Positions 8,834 to 18,255 of a stretch of 64,000 bases of DNA are shown here, in pieces. A model generated the notes under the pieces. That model saw nothing but the letters and a program-made list of their open reading frames with translations, ran no database searches and was not told where the DNA came from. This DNA is from Parcubacteria group bacterium (lineage in GTDB: Bacteria > Patescibacteriota > Minisyncoccia > Moranbacterales > UBA2206), in NCBI GenBank assembly GCA_041661275.1, contig JBAZUU010000002.1, positions 137,148 through 201,147 of the forward strand. Direction: 5' to 3'. The position numbers and the translations under genes were made by a program. Position 1 is the first letter of the stretch. Each line of letters opens with the position of its first letter.

Positions 8834-9472
8834 ATGAGTATAAAACTAACGCCAAAACAAAGGAACGTTTTAGAATTTATTTACACATTTTTAGAAAATT
8901 CTGGCTTTCCGCCGTCAATTTCCGAGCTAAAAGAAGAGCTCAATGTTTCCTCCAACCAATCAGTTCTGAATTTTTTGGATACGCTTGAAAAAAAGGGCTA
9001 TATAAAAAGAGAAAAGGATCAAGCAAGAGGGCTAAAAATTTTACCGATGGGAGCCAGGGAAATTGGCAAAGACGTTTTAATAAAAGTAGTTGGAACAAGT
9101 GCGGCTGGACCATATATAGAATCCTACGCAAATGCATTTTCGTTTTATCCAGTACAAAAAGGAATTTTGGAAAAAGAAAATATTGCTGATTCCCAGGAGA
9201 AAGTTTTTGTTATTCAGGTTCAGGGTGATTCAATGACAAATATTGGAATAGAAAATGATGATATGCTTTTGGTGAAAGAAGCTAAGGAATTTAAAAGCGG
9301 TGATATTGTGGTGGCGGAAACTGATGAGGGTGCGACTGTCAAAAGATTTATTGCTGAAGGTGGAAAAAGATATTTGAAGCCTGAAAATCCAAACTACGAA
9401 AATATTCTAATAATACCTGGCGAAGTGAGATTTAGAGGAAGAGTAATTTTAAATTTAAGTAAAATAAAATAA
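8834..9472 (+). CDS. lexA: LexA-family repressor (wHTH + S24 peptidase)
   Basis: LTPKQ...GFPPSISEL, AAG cleavage site, VQGDSM catalytic Ser, ATVKRF catalytic Lys. Confidence 0.85.
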   Translation: MSIKLTPKQRNVLEFIYTFLENSGFPPSISELKEELNVSSNQSVLNFLDTLEKKGYIKREKDQARGLKILPMGAREIGKDVLIKVVGTSAAGPYIESYANAFSFYPVQKGILEKENIADSQEKVFVIQVQGDSMTNIGIENDDMLLVKEAKEFKSGDIVVAETDEGATVKRFIAEGGKRYLKPENPNYENILIIPGEVRFRGRVILNLSKIK

Positions 9473-9476
9473 CAAG

Positions 9477-11435
9477 ATGCTCGAAAAAAATTTGCCTGTC
9501 GAAATAATCAACAAAGTATTCCGTGATCCGGATATGCAATTTGGTTTGGCAAATTTTAGCGATGTGAAGCTGGACCAGGTTTTGAAAATTTTTGAAGGCA
9601 AGGAAGATAAGGGAAAATTCTATGCCAAATGCTTAAAGCGAGGGAAAGACATTTTGATCTATAATGAAGAAAAAAAATTAGGAAAACCTGAGGAGATAAT
9701 CCGCCAGCTCATGGTCTATAAGCTGGTTAATTTTTATAAATACCCTATCGACCGCATCGATGTTGAAGTCGACGTGCAATTCGGACGTGAAATTGGAAAA
9801 AAAAGAGCAGACATTGTGGTTTATCGGGAAGACTTGAAAACTCCCTATTTACTGGTTGAGGTTAAAAAGCCGGATGTGAAAGATGGATTGGGACAACTCA
9901 AAAGCTACGCCAATGCCACTGGCGCGCCGATCCTGATTCTGACCGACGGAAAAATACAAAATAATATTCTTAGAACGGATCCAAATCTTTTTGAAGACCT
10001 GCCGGAGATTCCAAAATTTAACGAAACAGTTGATGACGTACGCAAGGAAAAAATTTCTTACGCAGATTTAAAAGAAGTTGAAAACTTAAAACAGCTTATT
10101 TATGATCTTCAAGAAGTGGTGTTGGCAAACAGTGGCGTCGATTCATTCGACGAAATTTTTAAACTAGTTTACGCCAAACTTTATGATGAGCTGGAAACTC
10201 CAAGAAGTGATAATAGAAGATTTAGGGTTATCGCTGGCGTAACCAATAAGGAAAATCTAGCTAATATCTGTCGTCTATTCGAAGACGCTAAAAAAGAATG
10301 GAAAGATGTTTTCAAGCCTAACGATGAAATAGAAATTCCGGAAAATGTTATTGTTCCGGCAGTTTCACTTCTTCAGAAATTCCGACTTTTTGGTTCTAAC
10401 CTCCAAGTTATTGATGACGCCTTTGAATATCTCATAAACTTGGATGCCAAAGGAGAAAAGGGGCAATATTTTACTCCCCGTCATGTTATCGATATGGCGG
10501 TCAAAATGCTGGCGCCTACTCCCAAGGATTCCATAATTGACACAGCTGCCGGATCTTGCGGGTTTTTACTTCATGCTATGCAATATGTTTGGGACAAAGA
10601 GATTAACAAAGAAAAATACGGTGATGATTATAAAACCAGACAGAAAAATTATGCCGAAAAGCAATTATTTGGAATTGATTTTGATCCTCGCAGCGTAAAA
10701 ATTGGAAAAGCGATGATGCTCATTGCAGGGGACGGAAAAACCAATGTTACATTTGCAAATTCTCTTGATAGCGAAAATTGGAGCGATGACGCTCGGACGA
10801 GATTCCGCCCGTTTCTTGCTAACTCTAAGGACAGTGAAGAAAACCGAAAAAACCAGGAACGAATGACTGATTTTAATTTTGATATTGTTATGACCAATCC
10901 GCCCTTTGCCGGAGAGATAAAGGGCGTGCTTCTCAATCGCTATGACTTGGGTTTCAAATGGGATAAGGAATTTCAAAAAACATCGAAGCATCAAAACAAG
11001 GTTTCTAGGGATATTCTTTTCATTGAGCGAAATTTGAATTTCCTAAAGCCTGGCGGACGAATGGCAATTGTTTTGCCGCAAGGGGTTTTCAATAATACCA
11101 ATTCCGAATATGTCCGGCGGTTTATTATGAATAAAGCGAAAATCTTAGCAGTGGTCGGACTTCATGGAAATACTTTTAAGCCGCACACCGGAACAAAAAC
11201 ATCGGTTTTGTTTTTGGAAAAGTGGGCCGGAAAACCACTTGAAGATTGTCCAATTTTTATGGCTGTTTCGAAACGCGGCGGAAAAGACACGTCAGGAGAT
11301 TATGTTTATAGGAAAGATAGAGAGGGGAATGTGATGTATGATGCAAGTGGGAAGAAAATCATTGATCATGATTTGGATGAGATTGCGGAGGAGTTTTTGA
11401 AATTCACAAATGAAAGCTATCTTAAATTGCAATAA
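9477..11435 (+). CDS. Fused restriction endonuclease (HsdR-N-like) / N6-adenine methyltransferase
   Basis: PEEIIRQ, RADIVV...LVEVK; GQYFTPR, DTAAGSCGFL, TNPPF. Confidence 0.9.
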   Translation: MLEKNLPVEIINKVFRDPDMQFGLANFSDVKLDQVLKIFEGKEDKGKFYAKCLKRGKDILIYNEEKKLGKPEEIIRQLMVYKLVNFYKYPIDRIDVEVDVQFGREIGKKRADIVVYREDLKTPYLLVEVKKPDVKDGLGQLKSYANATGAPILILTDGKIQNNILRTDPNLFEDLPEIPKFNETVDDVRKEKISYADLKEVENLKQLIYDLQEVVLANSGVDSFDEIFKLVYAKLYDELETPRSDNRRFRVIAGVTNKENLANICRLFEDAKKEWKDVFKPNDEIEIPENVIVPAVSLLQKFRLFGSNLQVIDDAFEYLINLDAKGEKGQYFTPRHVIDMAVKMLAPTPKDSIIDTAAGSCGFLLHAMQYVWDKEINKEKYGDDYKTRQKNYAEKQLFGIDFDPRSVKIGKAMMLIAGDGKTNVTFANSLDSENWSDDARTRFRPFLANSKDSEENRKNQERMTDFNFDIVMTNPPFAGEIKGVLLNRYDLGFKWDKEFQKTSKHQNKVSRDILFIERNLNFLKPGGRMAIVLPQGVFNNTNSEYVRRFIMNKAKILAVVGLHGNTFKPHTGTKTSVLFLEKWAGKPLEDCPIFMAVSKRGGKDTSGDYVYRKDREGNVMYDASGKKIIDHDLDEIAEEFLKFTNESYLKLQ

Positions 11436-11439
11436 ATAT

Positions 11440-12264
11440 ATGAATAACCCAAAAAGTACCTTGGGTCAGAAATGGATAAATTTTTTAAATGCTGTTTTTA
11501 GTCCAGTTCCAATTTTTTCATTATTAGGCGGATTAGGGCTTCTTTATTTGTCGGTGCACTATAAAGATGATGGCAGATTTTCAATCCTAATTAATTTGGC
11601 GGGCTCTCTTTTGATTGGTATCGGCGGTGCCTTTATTAAAGACAGATATGTTGAACTATCAAATGAATCAATTCTTATAAAAAAAGGTCAATCGGCAGTA
11701 AGAAATTTAGAATCTATCGCAAAACAAATAGAACAAATAAGATCTTGGCTTAAGTTTTTTATTTCTAGTAAAACATCAGATAAAAGAGATCTTGAAGAAA
11801 TCAATCGTCATTTAAGCACTACCGAAATGAACATTGCATCTGGGTTAGCAGATTGGATTGATATTGTTCCAGAGTTAAATAAAAAGGCGGAAGAAATGGC
11901 TGAAAAAGCAAAAAGCTATGAAGAAGTTGTTAAAACCTATGTTGAGGAATTATTTAAAAATAAAAAGAAGCTTTTAGAAGTGGGAGAGAATAAAAAACTT
12001 AAAGAACGATTACAAGAAAGCATAAAAAACCTGGAAAAAGAAGTAAGAGATTTAAAAAAATATAGGCCAGAATTTACTGCGAGTGGAATAATTAGTAGCT
12101 CATCCTTTGGTTCAAATGGAAACGGTCTTTCTTATTTAAATCGAAACTCTCTTGCACGTGGCCTATCAAAAACTTGTTCAAATTGCGGCAGAGTATTCGA
12201 AGATGATATAAATAGGCTTACCATCGGTCCGGATTTGTGCGAGGAATGCAGAAAAACAATATGA
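11440..12264 (+). CDS. Hypothetical protein with 2 TM helices, coiled coil and C-terminal zinc finger, embedded in the RM operon
   Basis: Two hydrophobic helices, K/E-rich heptads, CSNC...CEEC; ATG at 11440 follows the MTase stop; ATGA overlap with the S gene. Confidence 0.75.
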   Translation: MNNPKSTLGQKWINFLNAVFSPVPIFSLLGGLGLLYLSVHYKDDGRFSILINLAGSLLIGIGGAFIKDRYVELSNESILIKKGQSAVRNLESIAKQIEQIRSWLKFFISSKTSDKRDLEEINRHLSTTEMNIASGLADWIDIVPELNKKAEEMAEKAKSYEEVVKTYVEELFKNKKKLLEVGENKKLKERLQESIKNLEKEVRDLKKYRPEFTASGIISSSSFGSNGNGLSYLNRNSLARGLSKTCSNCGRVFEDDINRLTIGPDLCEECRKTI

Positions 12265-13598
12265 TAAACTGTTCAATAATCCAAAAATCCCATCTTGAAG
12301 GCGCGATGCGATTAGATGCTGAATATTATTGTAGCGATTCATTAATCGGGTCTAATTTTCATCTAGGCAAAGACGTTGTTTCTTTTGTTCAGTATGGTAC
12401 ATCAAAAGAATTAAACGAGGAAAATAGAGGCTATCCGGTTTTGCGGCTCAATGAATTTGAGGATTGGTTCGCGGGACAACCGACGAAATATTGCAATAAG
12501 ATTAGTGAACAAACTTTTAATGGTTTAAAGCTCAAAAAAGGGGATGTATTAATTTGCAGAACCAATGGGAATCCTAAGCTTGTAGGAAAAGCTGCTCTCG
12601 TTGCGGAAAATACCAACATTGCTTTTGCTTCGTATTTATTTAGAGTTCAAGCTGATTCTTTAAAAATTAATTCCGCCACACTTACTGCGTTTTTAAATTC
12701 TAAAATCGGCAGAGCAGAGATTGAAAAATTTATTATGCCTAGCATTCAATCTAACTTCAGCCCTGCTCAATTTAGACAAATTAAAATACCTATTTTTCCA
12801 CCAGCCTTACAAAAAGAAATTGAAACGCGTTTATTTGACTCATATGAACTTTTAGCCGATTCGAAATCTTCTTATCAGCAAGCTGAAGATTTACTATTAG
12901 AAGAGCTGGGATTAAAAAATTTTGATTTTGAAAAAATATTGTCATCAGTTGTTAATTATTCCGATGTTCTAGAAGCTGAAAGAATAGACGCAGAATATTT
13001 TCAGCCGAAATATGAAAAACTGATTTCGAAAATAAAGGAAAGAAATTATAAAACCTTGCCGGAAATTATAGAAAATGTGCCTGCTGTTTTTAACGCCGCT
13101 TCAAAACCGTCAGAAAATTTCAAATACGTAGAGTTATCAAATATTAATCCTTCCGTTGGAATAATTGATGGTTTTTCAGAAGTATCAGGAAGAGAAGCGC
13201 CAGGAAGAGCGAAAAGAATATTAAAGTCTGGCGATGTAATAGTTTCAAGTGTAGAAGGATCGCTGGAAAAAGTTGCGCTGGTTGATAAAGAGCAAGATGG
13301 ACATCTTGCATCAACAGGATTTTTTCAATTGCGAAGTGATAAAATTTTGCCAGAAGTTTTACTTGTTATAGCCAGGAGTTTGGTTTTTCAAATGCAACTC
13401 GAAAAGCAATGTGCTGGAACAATTCTTACTGCCGTGCCAAAAGAGGCGATAAAAAATATTGTTGTACCAATCTTACCGAAAGAAACGCAGCAAAAAATCG
13501 CTGATCTTGTGCGACAGTCGCACAAAGCGCGGAAAAAGGCGAAAGAGCTTTTAGAAGAAGCGAAAAGGAAAGTTGAAGGGATGATAGAGAATAAATAA
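12261..13598 (+). CDS. Restriction-modification specificity (S) subunit with two target-recognition domains
   Basis: RLDAEYY and RIDAEYF repeats, LKKGDVLI and LKSGDVIV, IPIFP...QKEI. Confidence 0.88.
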   Translation: MINCSIIQKSHLEGAMRLDAEYYCSDSLIGSNFHLGKDVVSFVQYGTSKELNEENRGYPVLRLNEFEDWFAGQPTKYCNKISEQTFNGLKLKKGDVLICRTNGNPKLVGKAALVAENTNIAFASYLFRVQADSLKINSATLTAFLNSKIGRAEIEKFIMPSIQSNFSPAQFRQIKIPIFPPALQKEIETRLFDSYELLADSKSSYQQAEDLLLEELGLKNFDFEKILSSVVNYSDVLEAERIDAEYFQPKYEKLISKIKERNYKTLPEIIENVPAVFNAASKPSENFKYVELSNINPSVGIIDGFSEVSGREAPGRAKRILKSGDVIVSSVEGSLEKVALVDKEQDGHLASTGFFQLRSDKILPEVLLVIARSLVFQMQLEKQCAGTILTAVPKEAIKNIVVPILPKETQQKIADLVRQSHKARKKAKELLEEAKRKVEGMIENK

Positions 13599-13830
13599 TT
13601 CTATGGAACAAAAAGAATTTGAGAAATTTATATTGTACGTATTGATTGTAGTGTTTTTTACCGAGCAACTTCCTTTTGACATGAATAATGAGAAAAAACA
13701 CCAAAGCCCGCATATACCAGAGGAAAATCGGACTTCTGCAGTCTTGGGTGTTCCCACATATTCTATGTCTATCACAGCCTCTCCCTCACAAGCGCCAGAT
13801 GAGTAAGAATAGTCGAAAAGAAAAAGAAAA

Positions 13831-13892
13831 GAAAAAGGGGTCAAGAAAAGAAAAAGGGGTCAAGTACCTTTAATTACGTAATTAATTACTTA
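13831..13892 (+). repeat. AAAAGGGGTCAAGTACCTTT repeat, copy A (with a tandem partial duplication)
   Basis: gaaaaaggggtcaag twice, then tacctttaattacgtaattaattacttac; related to copies at 14885 and 18256. Confidence 0.75.
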
Positions 13893-14210
13893 CAAAAAAA
13901 TAAAAATTATCTTCTTGCTGTTTTGATGTTCCTTCTTGGCATCGGCATTGGGCTTTGGATGGGGAAAATAAAATACTCCCAAAATAAAAGCATAGTTTCG
14001 ACAAGTTAGCAGTTGTCAACTGATGCTCTACGTATGTAAGCAATATTTAGGCTTGCCATAGCCAAAAAATCAAGCTTAGGTACATATCCTACTCCAGAGT
14101 ATACTACTTATGAGTACGATAAATCAATCGAGGACCGTTCTCGATTAGTTGTTAAAAAAATGTATGCACGTTTATGACAGACAAAGAATTGATGGGAATG
14201 AAAAATTTTT

Positions 14211-14861
14211 ATGCGCATAATTGCTAAAGCGATACAATATCTGATGCTGAAGATTATGAAAAGGCTTGGTCCTTCGGATGATGACAGGCCGGCTGTTGCT
14301 GCGGCGGACCAGTTGTTGGATAAATTGCTTCCGTCTGCTTTCGCGGTTTTTCGCGATGAGAGGTTTAGGGAAGTGTGTAATTTTGGGAAAATCAGCCAGG
14401 TCGAGCATGATAGGATCTTTAACGAGCTGGAAGTGTCCGCTATCATCCTTTGTCAGTTTTGTATTGATGATCGTATGGCGATTATCGGAAATCGCGATTT
14501 TCATTTTTGGGAAACCGTCCGCGAGAATATGCCAAAAGTTTTTGTGGATAAGCTTCTGGAATATGGCGTGAAAAAAAGCGATGCTGACTTATATTTCGAC
14601 CTTATCAAGATGAGACATGACCAATATTCGAAAATCGCCGATGGCAACCGCGATCATATGGAAAATGACAAGCTATTTTCAGAATATAAAGATAGCCAGG
14701 CAGCTATGGATACGCTAAATAGGGTGCAGGCGATAATTGTGGGTACGGCGGATCATATTCGCCGGGGAAAATTAAAAAAAGGGGACGAATTGATGCGGCT
14801 GCTCAGGTCATGGCTGTTTCCCCTTGATATGGAAATTTCAAAATTTATTCGGAAACTATAA
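14211..14861 (+). CDS. Hypothetical protein
   Basis: 216-aa ORF with natural composition; no recognised motif. Confidence 0.7.
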   Translation: MRIIAKAIQYLMLKIMKRLGPSDDDRPAVAAADQLLDKLLPSAFAVFRDERFREVCNFGKISQVEHDRIFNELEVSAIILCQFCIDDRMAIIGNRDFHFWETVRENMPKVFVDKLLEYGVKKSDADLYFDLIKMRHDQYSKIADGNRDHMENDKLFSEYKDSQAAMDTLNRVQAIIVGTADHIRRGKLKKGDELMRLLRSWLFPLDMEISKFIRKL

Positions 14862-14884
14862 TCGGGATCATACAGAAATGATTC

Positions 14885-15054
14885 AAAAAAGGCCAAGTAC
14901 CTTTAATTACGTCCCGGTTAATTAAAAATTAACCACAGTAGTATAATAAATTAACTACGTGGCAGGCGGGATAAATAATTAACTACTTACATAATAAAAA
15001 ACCAAAAGTTATCCACAGACGGATGACCATTTTACTGTCTCCGGTAAGATGGTC
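14885..15054 (+). repeat. Composite repeat copy B (CAAGTACCTTT...GTTATCCACAGACGGATGACCATTTT) with an internal structured insert
   Basis: Shares aaaagttatccacagacggatgaccatttta with 18313-18343. Confidence 0.8.
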
Positions 15055-15219
15055 AAAAACATCAATAATAAAGATCAATTTATCGGAGCCGGTAAAATGA
15101 TGAAAATAACTAAAAATAGAAATCATAAGACAAAAGACCATTTTCGTTATATCAAGAAAATGGTCAAAAAGAGCAATTGGGAAACAGAGGATCATTTTGT
15201 CAGTGCCGACAAAATGATA
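15025..15219 (+). repeat. Array of four 30-bp variable-centre hairpins (GAYCAWTTT-N12-ARATGRTN)
   Basis: Units at 15025, 15073, 15136 and 15190, all in one frame encoding D(H/Q)FxxxxKM(V/M/I). Confidence 0.8.
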
Positions 15220-15348
15220 AAAATCGATCCATGAGACCTGGGAAAGTCTTTCTTGTTAGAAATAACGGGGAGAGTTATCCACAGGCGATAATATTGCCAT
15301 AAGCTGGTTATAGTGATATGATATCACTGTAAGCAGCTTTTTTAAATC

Positions 15349-16950
15349 ATGCTTGAAAAACAATTAGAAAAATATTTTAACTTTACCGAATTTCGTCCCG
15401 GTCAAAGGGAAATCGTGGAAACTATTATGTCCGGTCGTGATGTGGTGGCTCTTATGCCGACTGGCGGGGGAAAATCTCTTTGCTATCAATTGCCGGCGAT
15501 CATGAGTGACAAAATTTCGGTCGTCATTTCTCCGCTTATCGCGCTTATGAAAGATCAGGTAGACAGTCTCAACGCGCGCGGAATTCCGGCCACTTTTATA
15601 AACAGCAGTTTAACTTCAGATGAAATAGGAAAACGAATCGAAGACATTAAAAATAACCGGACAAAAATAATTTATGTGGCGCCGGAAAGATTTGGAAACG
15701 CCTCCTGGCAAAAATTGTTTTCCGAACTCGATGTTTTTTTGTTCGCGGTTGATGAAGCTCATTGTGTGTCGCAATGGGGTCATGATTTTCGTCCGGACTA
15801 TCTGGCCATAAAAAAATATATTGCCAACTTGAAGAATCGTCCGGTGGTGGCTGCCTTTACGGCGACGGCCACGCCGGAAGTTAAAAATGATATCATCGAA
15901 CGCCTGGAACTGCAAAATCCCGAAGTTTTTATCCGTGGTTTTGATCGGCCAAATTTGAAATTTTTTGTGGAAAGCAACTTGAAACCGAAGGAAAAATACG
16001 CGGAAGTTTTGCGGATAATTAAGGCTATGGCCGGATCGGGGATAGTTTACGCTTTGACGCGAAAAGACACTGAATTTATCGCCGAATTTTTGCGTCAAAA
16101 TAATATAGTAGCCGCGGCTTATCACGCGGGAATGGAGGCGGAGAAGCGAAAACGGATCCAGGAGGAATTTATGGACAATAAATTCAAGGTAATTGTGGCA
16201 ACCATTGCTTTTGGCATGGGAGTGGACAAAGCGGATATCAGATTTGTGATCCACAGCGGTATGCCCGGAAGCATAGAAGGCTATTATCAGGAAGCCGGAA
16301 GAGCGGGACGCGATGGCGAACAAGCCTTTTGTATCTTGCTTCATGGCAAAAAAGACGTCAGTACCCACAAGTTTTTTATTCGTATGAGTCAGGACGAAAT
16401 GTTTCTGCAAAATAAGACATGGGAAGAGATAAAAAGGGTAGTTGGCATAAAATATGACCGGCTGGAAAAAATGATCGAATATGCTACTCGCCCCAATTGC
16501 CGCCGAAAGATGATCTTGAAATATTTTAGCGATCCGGATTACGAAAGACATAAGGAAAATTGCCGAGGGTGTGATTTTTGCCTGGATTGGAAAAAATCAG
16601 CCGGAGATGCCCAGAAAAGAAAGGAGGCTATCCGTGGTAACAAAAGTTTTCTATCTTCCACTGTTAAAATATCAGCCGATTATTATGAGAAAGGAACGTC
16701 TCTTGAAAATATAGCCAGGATAAGGGGACTTGGTTTAAGGACAATCATTGATCATCTGATCGACTGGTACGCCACCGGAGGAAATCTGCGAGTGGAAGAT
16801 CTTATCAACGCGGAAGAAGAAGGGCTGATAATTTCTGCTATTGAAAAGATCGGAAGCCGAGACAGGCTAAAGCCGATAAAAGATATTCTGCCGGAAGAGA
16901 TCGGTTATGAAAAGATAAAGCTGGTGATAGTTAAGTGGGAAAGAAAGTAG
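15349..16950 (+). CDS. recQ: RecQ-family ATP-dependent DNA helicase with C-terminal HTH
   Basis: MPTGGGKSLCYQ, VDEAHCVSQWGHDFRP, YYQEAGRAGRDG, CRR...CRGCDFC. Confidence 0.93.
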   Translation: MLEKQLEKYFNFTEFRPGQREIVETIMSGRDVVALMPTGGGKSLCYQLPAIMSDKISVVISPLIALMKDQVDSLNARGIPATFINSSLTSDEIGKRIEDIKNNRTKIIYVAPERFGNASWQKLFSELDVFLFAVDEAHCVSQWGHDFRPDYLAIKKYIANLKNRPVVAAFTATATPEVKNDIIERLELQNPEVFIRGFDRPNLKFFVESNLKPKEKYAEVLRIIKAMAGSGIVYALTRKDTEFIAEFLRQNNIVAAAYHAGMEAEKRKRIQEEFMDNKFKVIVATIAFGMGVDKADIRFVIHSGMPGSIEGYYQEAGRAGRDGEQAFCILLHGKKDVSTHKFFIRMSQDEMFLQNKTWEEIKRVVGIKYDRLEKMIEYATRPNCRRKMILKYFSDPDYERHKENCRGCDFCLDWKKSAGDAQKRKEAIRGNKSFLSSTVKISADYYEKGTSLENIARIRGLGLRTIIDHLIDWYATGGNLRVEDLINAEEEGLIISAIEKIGSRDRLKPIKDILPEEIGYEKIKLVIVKWERK

Positions 16951-17222
16951 ATATTTTTTGACAGAGACGCCAAAAAACGGGAGAATAGAGAAGTAAGTAA
17001 CTAATTACTTATGCGCAGATTTGTGAAATTGGAAGAGGAAAGATAGAATATAATTTGGGGGAAGATTGAGGAAAAACTAAAGACGACGCTGAAAGAAAAA
17101 TGTTAAAAAAATTAGTATTTTAGGAACAAGTGATAATGGTCTTGTTGATGACAAATTCAAGAAAACATCAGGTTTAACAAAAGATTTTTTATTAAGCATA
17201 AGAAAGTGGAAAAATAAAAATT

Positions 17223-18242
17223 ATGAAAAATAATATATTAAATAACAATAATTCCGGCGAAATAATTATATATGAAGGCGCGGATGGGGCGCCTAGCATT
17301 GAAGTGCGCGTTGAGGGTGAGACGGTGTGGCTGTCACAATCACAACTCGTTGAGCTTTTTCACTCAAGCAAGGCAAATGTGAGCGAGCATATCAAGCACA
17401 TATTTAAAGAGGCTGAATTAAGCCAAGATGCAGTTGTTCGGAATTTCCGAACAACTGCGAGTGATGGAAAAAATTACAACATTGAGCACTACAATCTCGA
17501 CATGATTATCTCTTTGGGTTATAGAATAAAGTCGGATATTGCCACACATTTTCGCCAGTGGGCGACTTCGCGACTTCGTGAATACCTCGTTCAAGGATTC
17601 ACAATGAATGATGAGTTTTTGAAAAACAATGGCGGTGGCTTATATTGGAAGAAACTCTTGTCTCGCATCCGTGATATTCGATCCAGTGAAAAGATGCTGT
17701 ATAGACAAGTCCTGGATCTCTATGCCACAAGCGCGGATTATGATCCTAAATCTCTACATTCAATTAAGTTTTTCAAAATTGTGCAAAACAAATTGCACTA
17801 CGCCGCGCATAAACAGACAGCATCAGAAGTTATTTATAATCGCGCCGATAGTGATAAAAAATTTATGGGTTTGACGGTTTTTGCAGGAGATTTGCCAGTA
17901 CTCGAAGAAGTGAGAATTGCTAAAAATTATTTGTCCGCGCAAGAGTTGGAAAGATTGAACAGACTTGTCTCGGCATATTTCGAATTGGCGGAATTGCGCG
18001 CTATGGATCAGCAAGTAATGCATATGGCGGATCATATTGCATCTTTAGATAAATTACTTTCTGATTACGGCGAAGGTGTTTTGATTGATGCTGGAAAAGT
18101 AACGCATAAAAAAGCCATAGAAAAAGCAGAAAGTGAATACAAAAAATATCAAACTAAAACACTTTCGCCCGCAGAAGGAGCGTATTTGGAAAGCATTAAA
18201 ACTTTAGAGAAAAAGGTTAAAAATAATAAACCAAAGAAATAA
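17223..18242 (+). CDS. RhuM-family (virulence RhuM) DNA-binding protein
   Basis: ETVWLSQ, HYNLDMIISLGYR, FRQWAT, IRDIRSSEK, VQNKLHYA. Confidence 0.9.
   Translation: MKNNILNNNNSGEIIIYEGADGAPSIEVRVEGETVWLSQSQLVELFHSSKANVSEHIKHIFKEAELSQDAVVRNFRTTASDGKNYNIEHYNLDMIISLGYRIKSDIATHFRQWATSRLREYLVQGFTMNDEFLKNNGGGLYWKKLLSRIRDIRSSEKMLYRQVLDLYATSADYDPKSLHSIKFFKIVQNKLHYAAHKQTASEVIYNRADSDKKFMGLTVFAGDLPVLEEVRIAKNYLSAQELERLNRLVSAYFELAELRAMDQQVMHMADHIASLDKLLSDYGEGVLIDAGKVTHKKAIEKAESEYKKYQTKTLSPAEGAYLESIKTLEKKVKNNKPKK
17430..17458. repeat. Perfect palindrome inside the RhuM gene
   Basis: gcagttgttcggaa-t-ttccgaacaactgc; 14-bp arms; encodes AVVRNFRTTA. Confidence 0.9.
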
Positions 18243-18255
18243 TATGAGGAGGGAG

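Noticed and set aside
13603-14010. Short ORFs and a hydrophobic fragment after the S-subunit gene
   Set aside because: No recognisable family or clear start; possibly gene remnants, but not supportable as CDS.
15025-15219. CRISPR array
   Set aside because: Units are not identical, the variable part is inside the hairpin, spacing is irregular and no cas operon is present; kept as a different kind of array.
14990-15290. Replication origin suggested by DnaA boxes
   Set aside because: Only two boxes locally, no dnaA/dnaN nearby, and similar single boxes are dispersed through the window.
15616-16551. 311-aa minus-strand ORF
   Set aside because: Antisense shadow of recQ with no recognisable motif; most other short ORFs overlapping long genes were rejected for the same reason.
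17010-17218. Coding-like fragments between recQ and rhuM
   Set aside because: Interrupted by stops and too short to assign.
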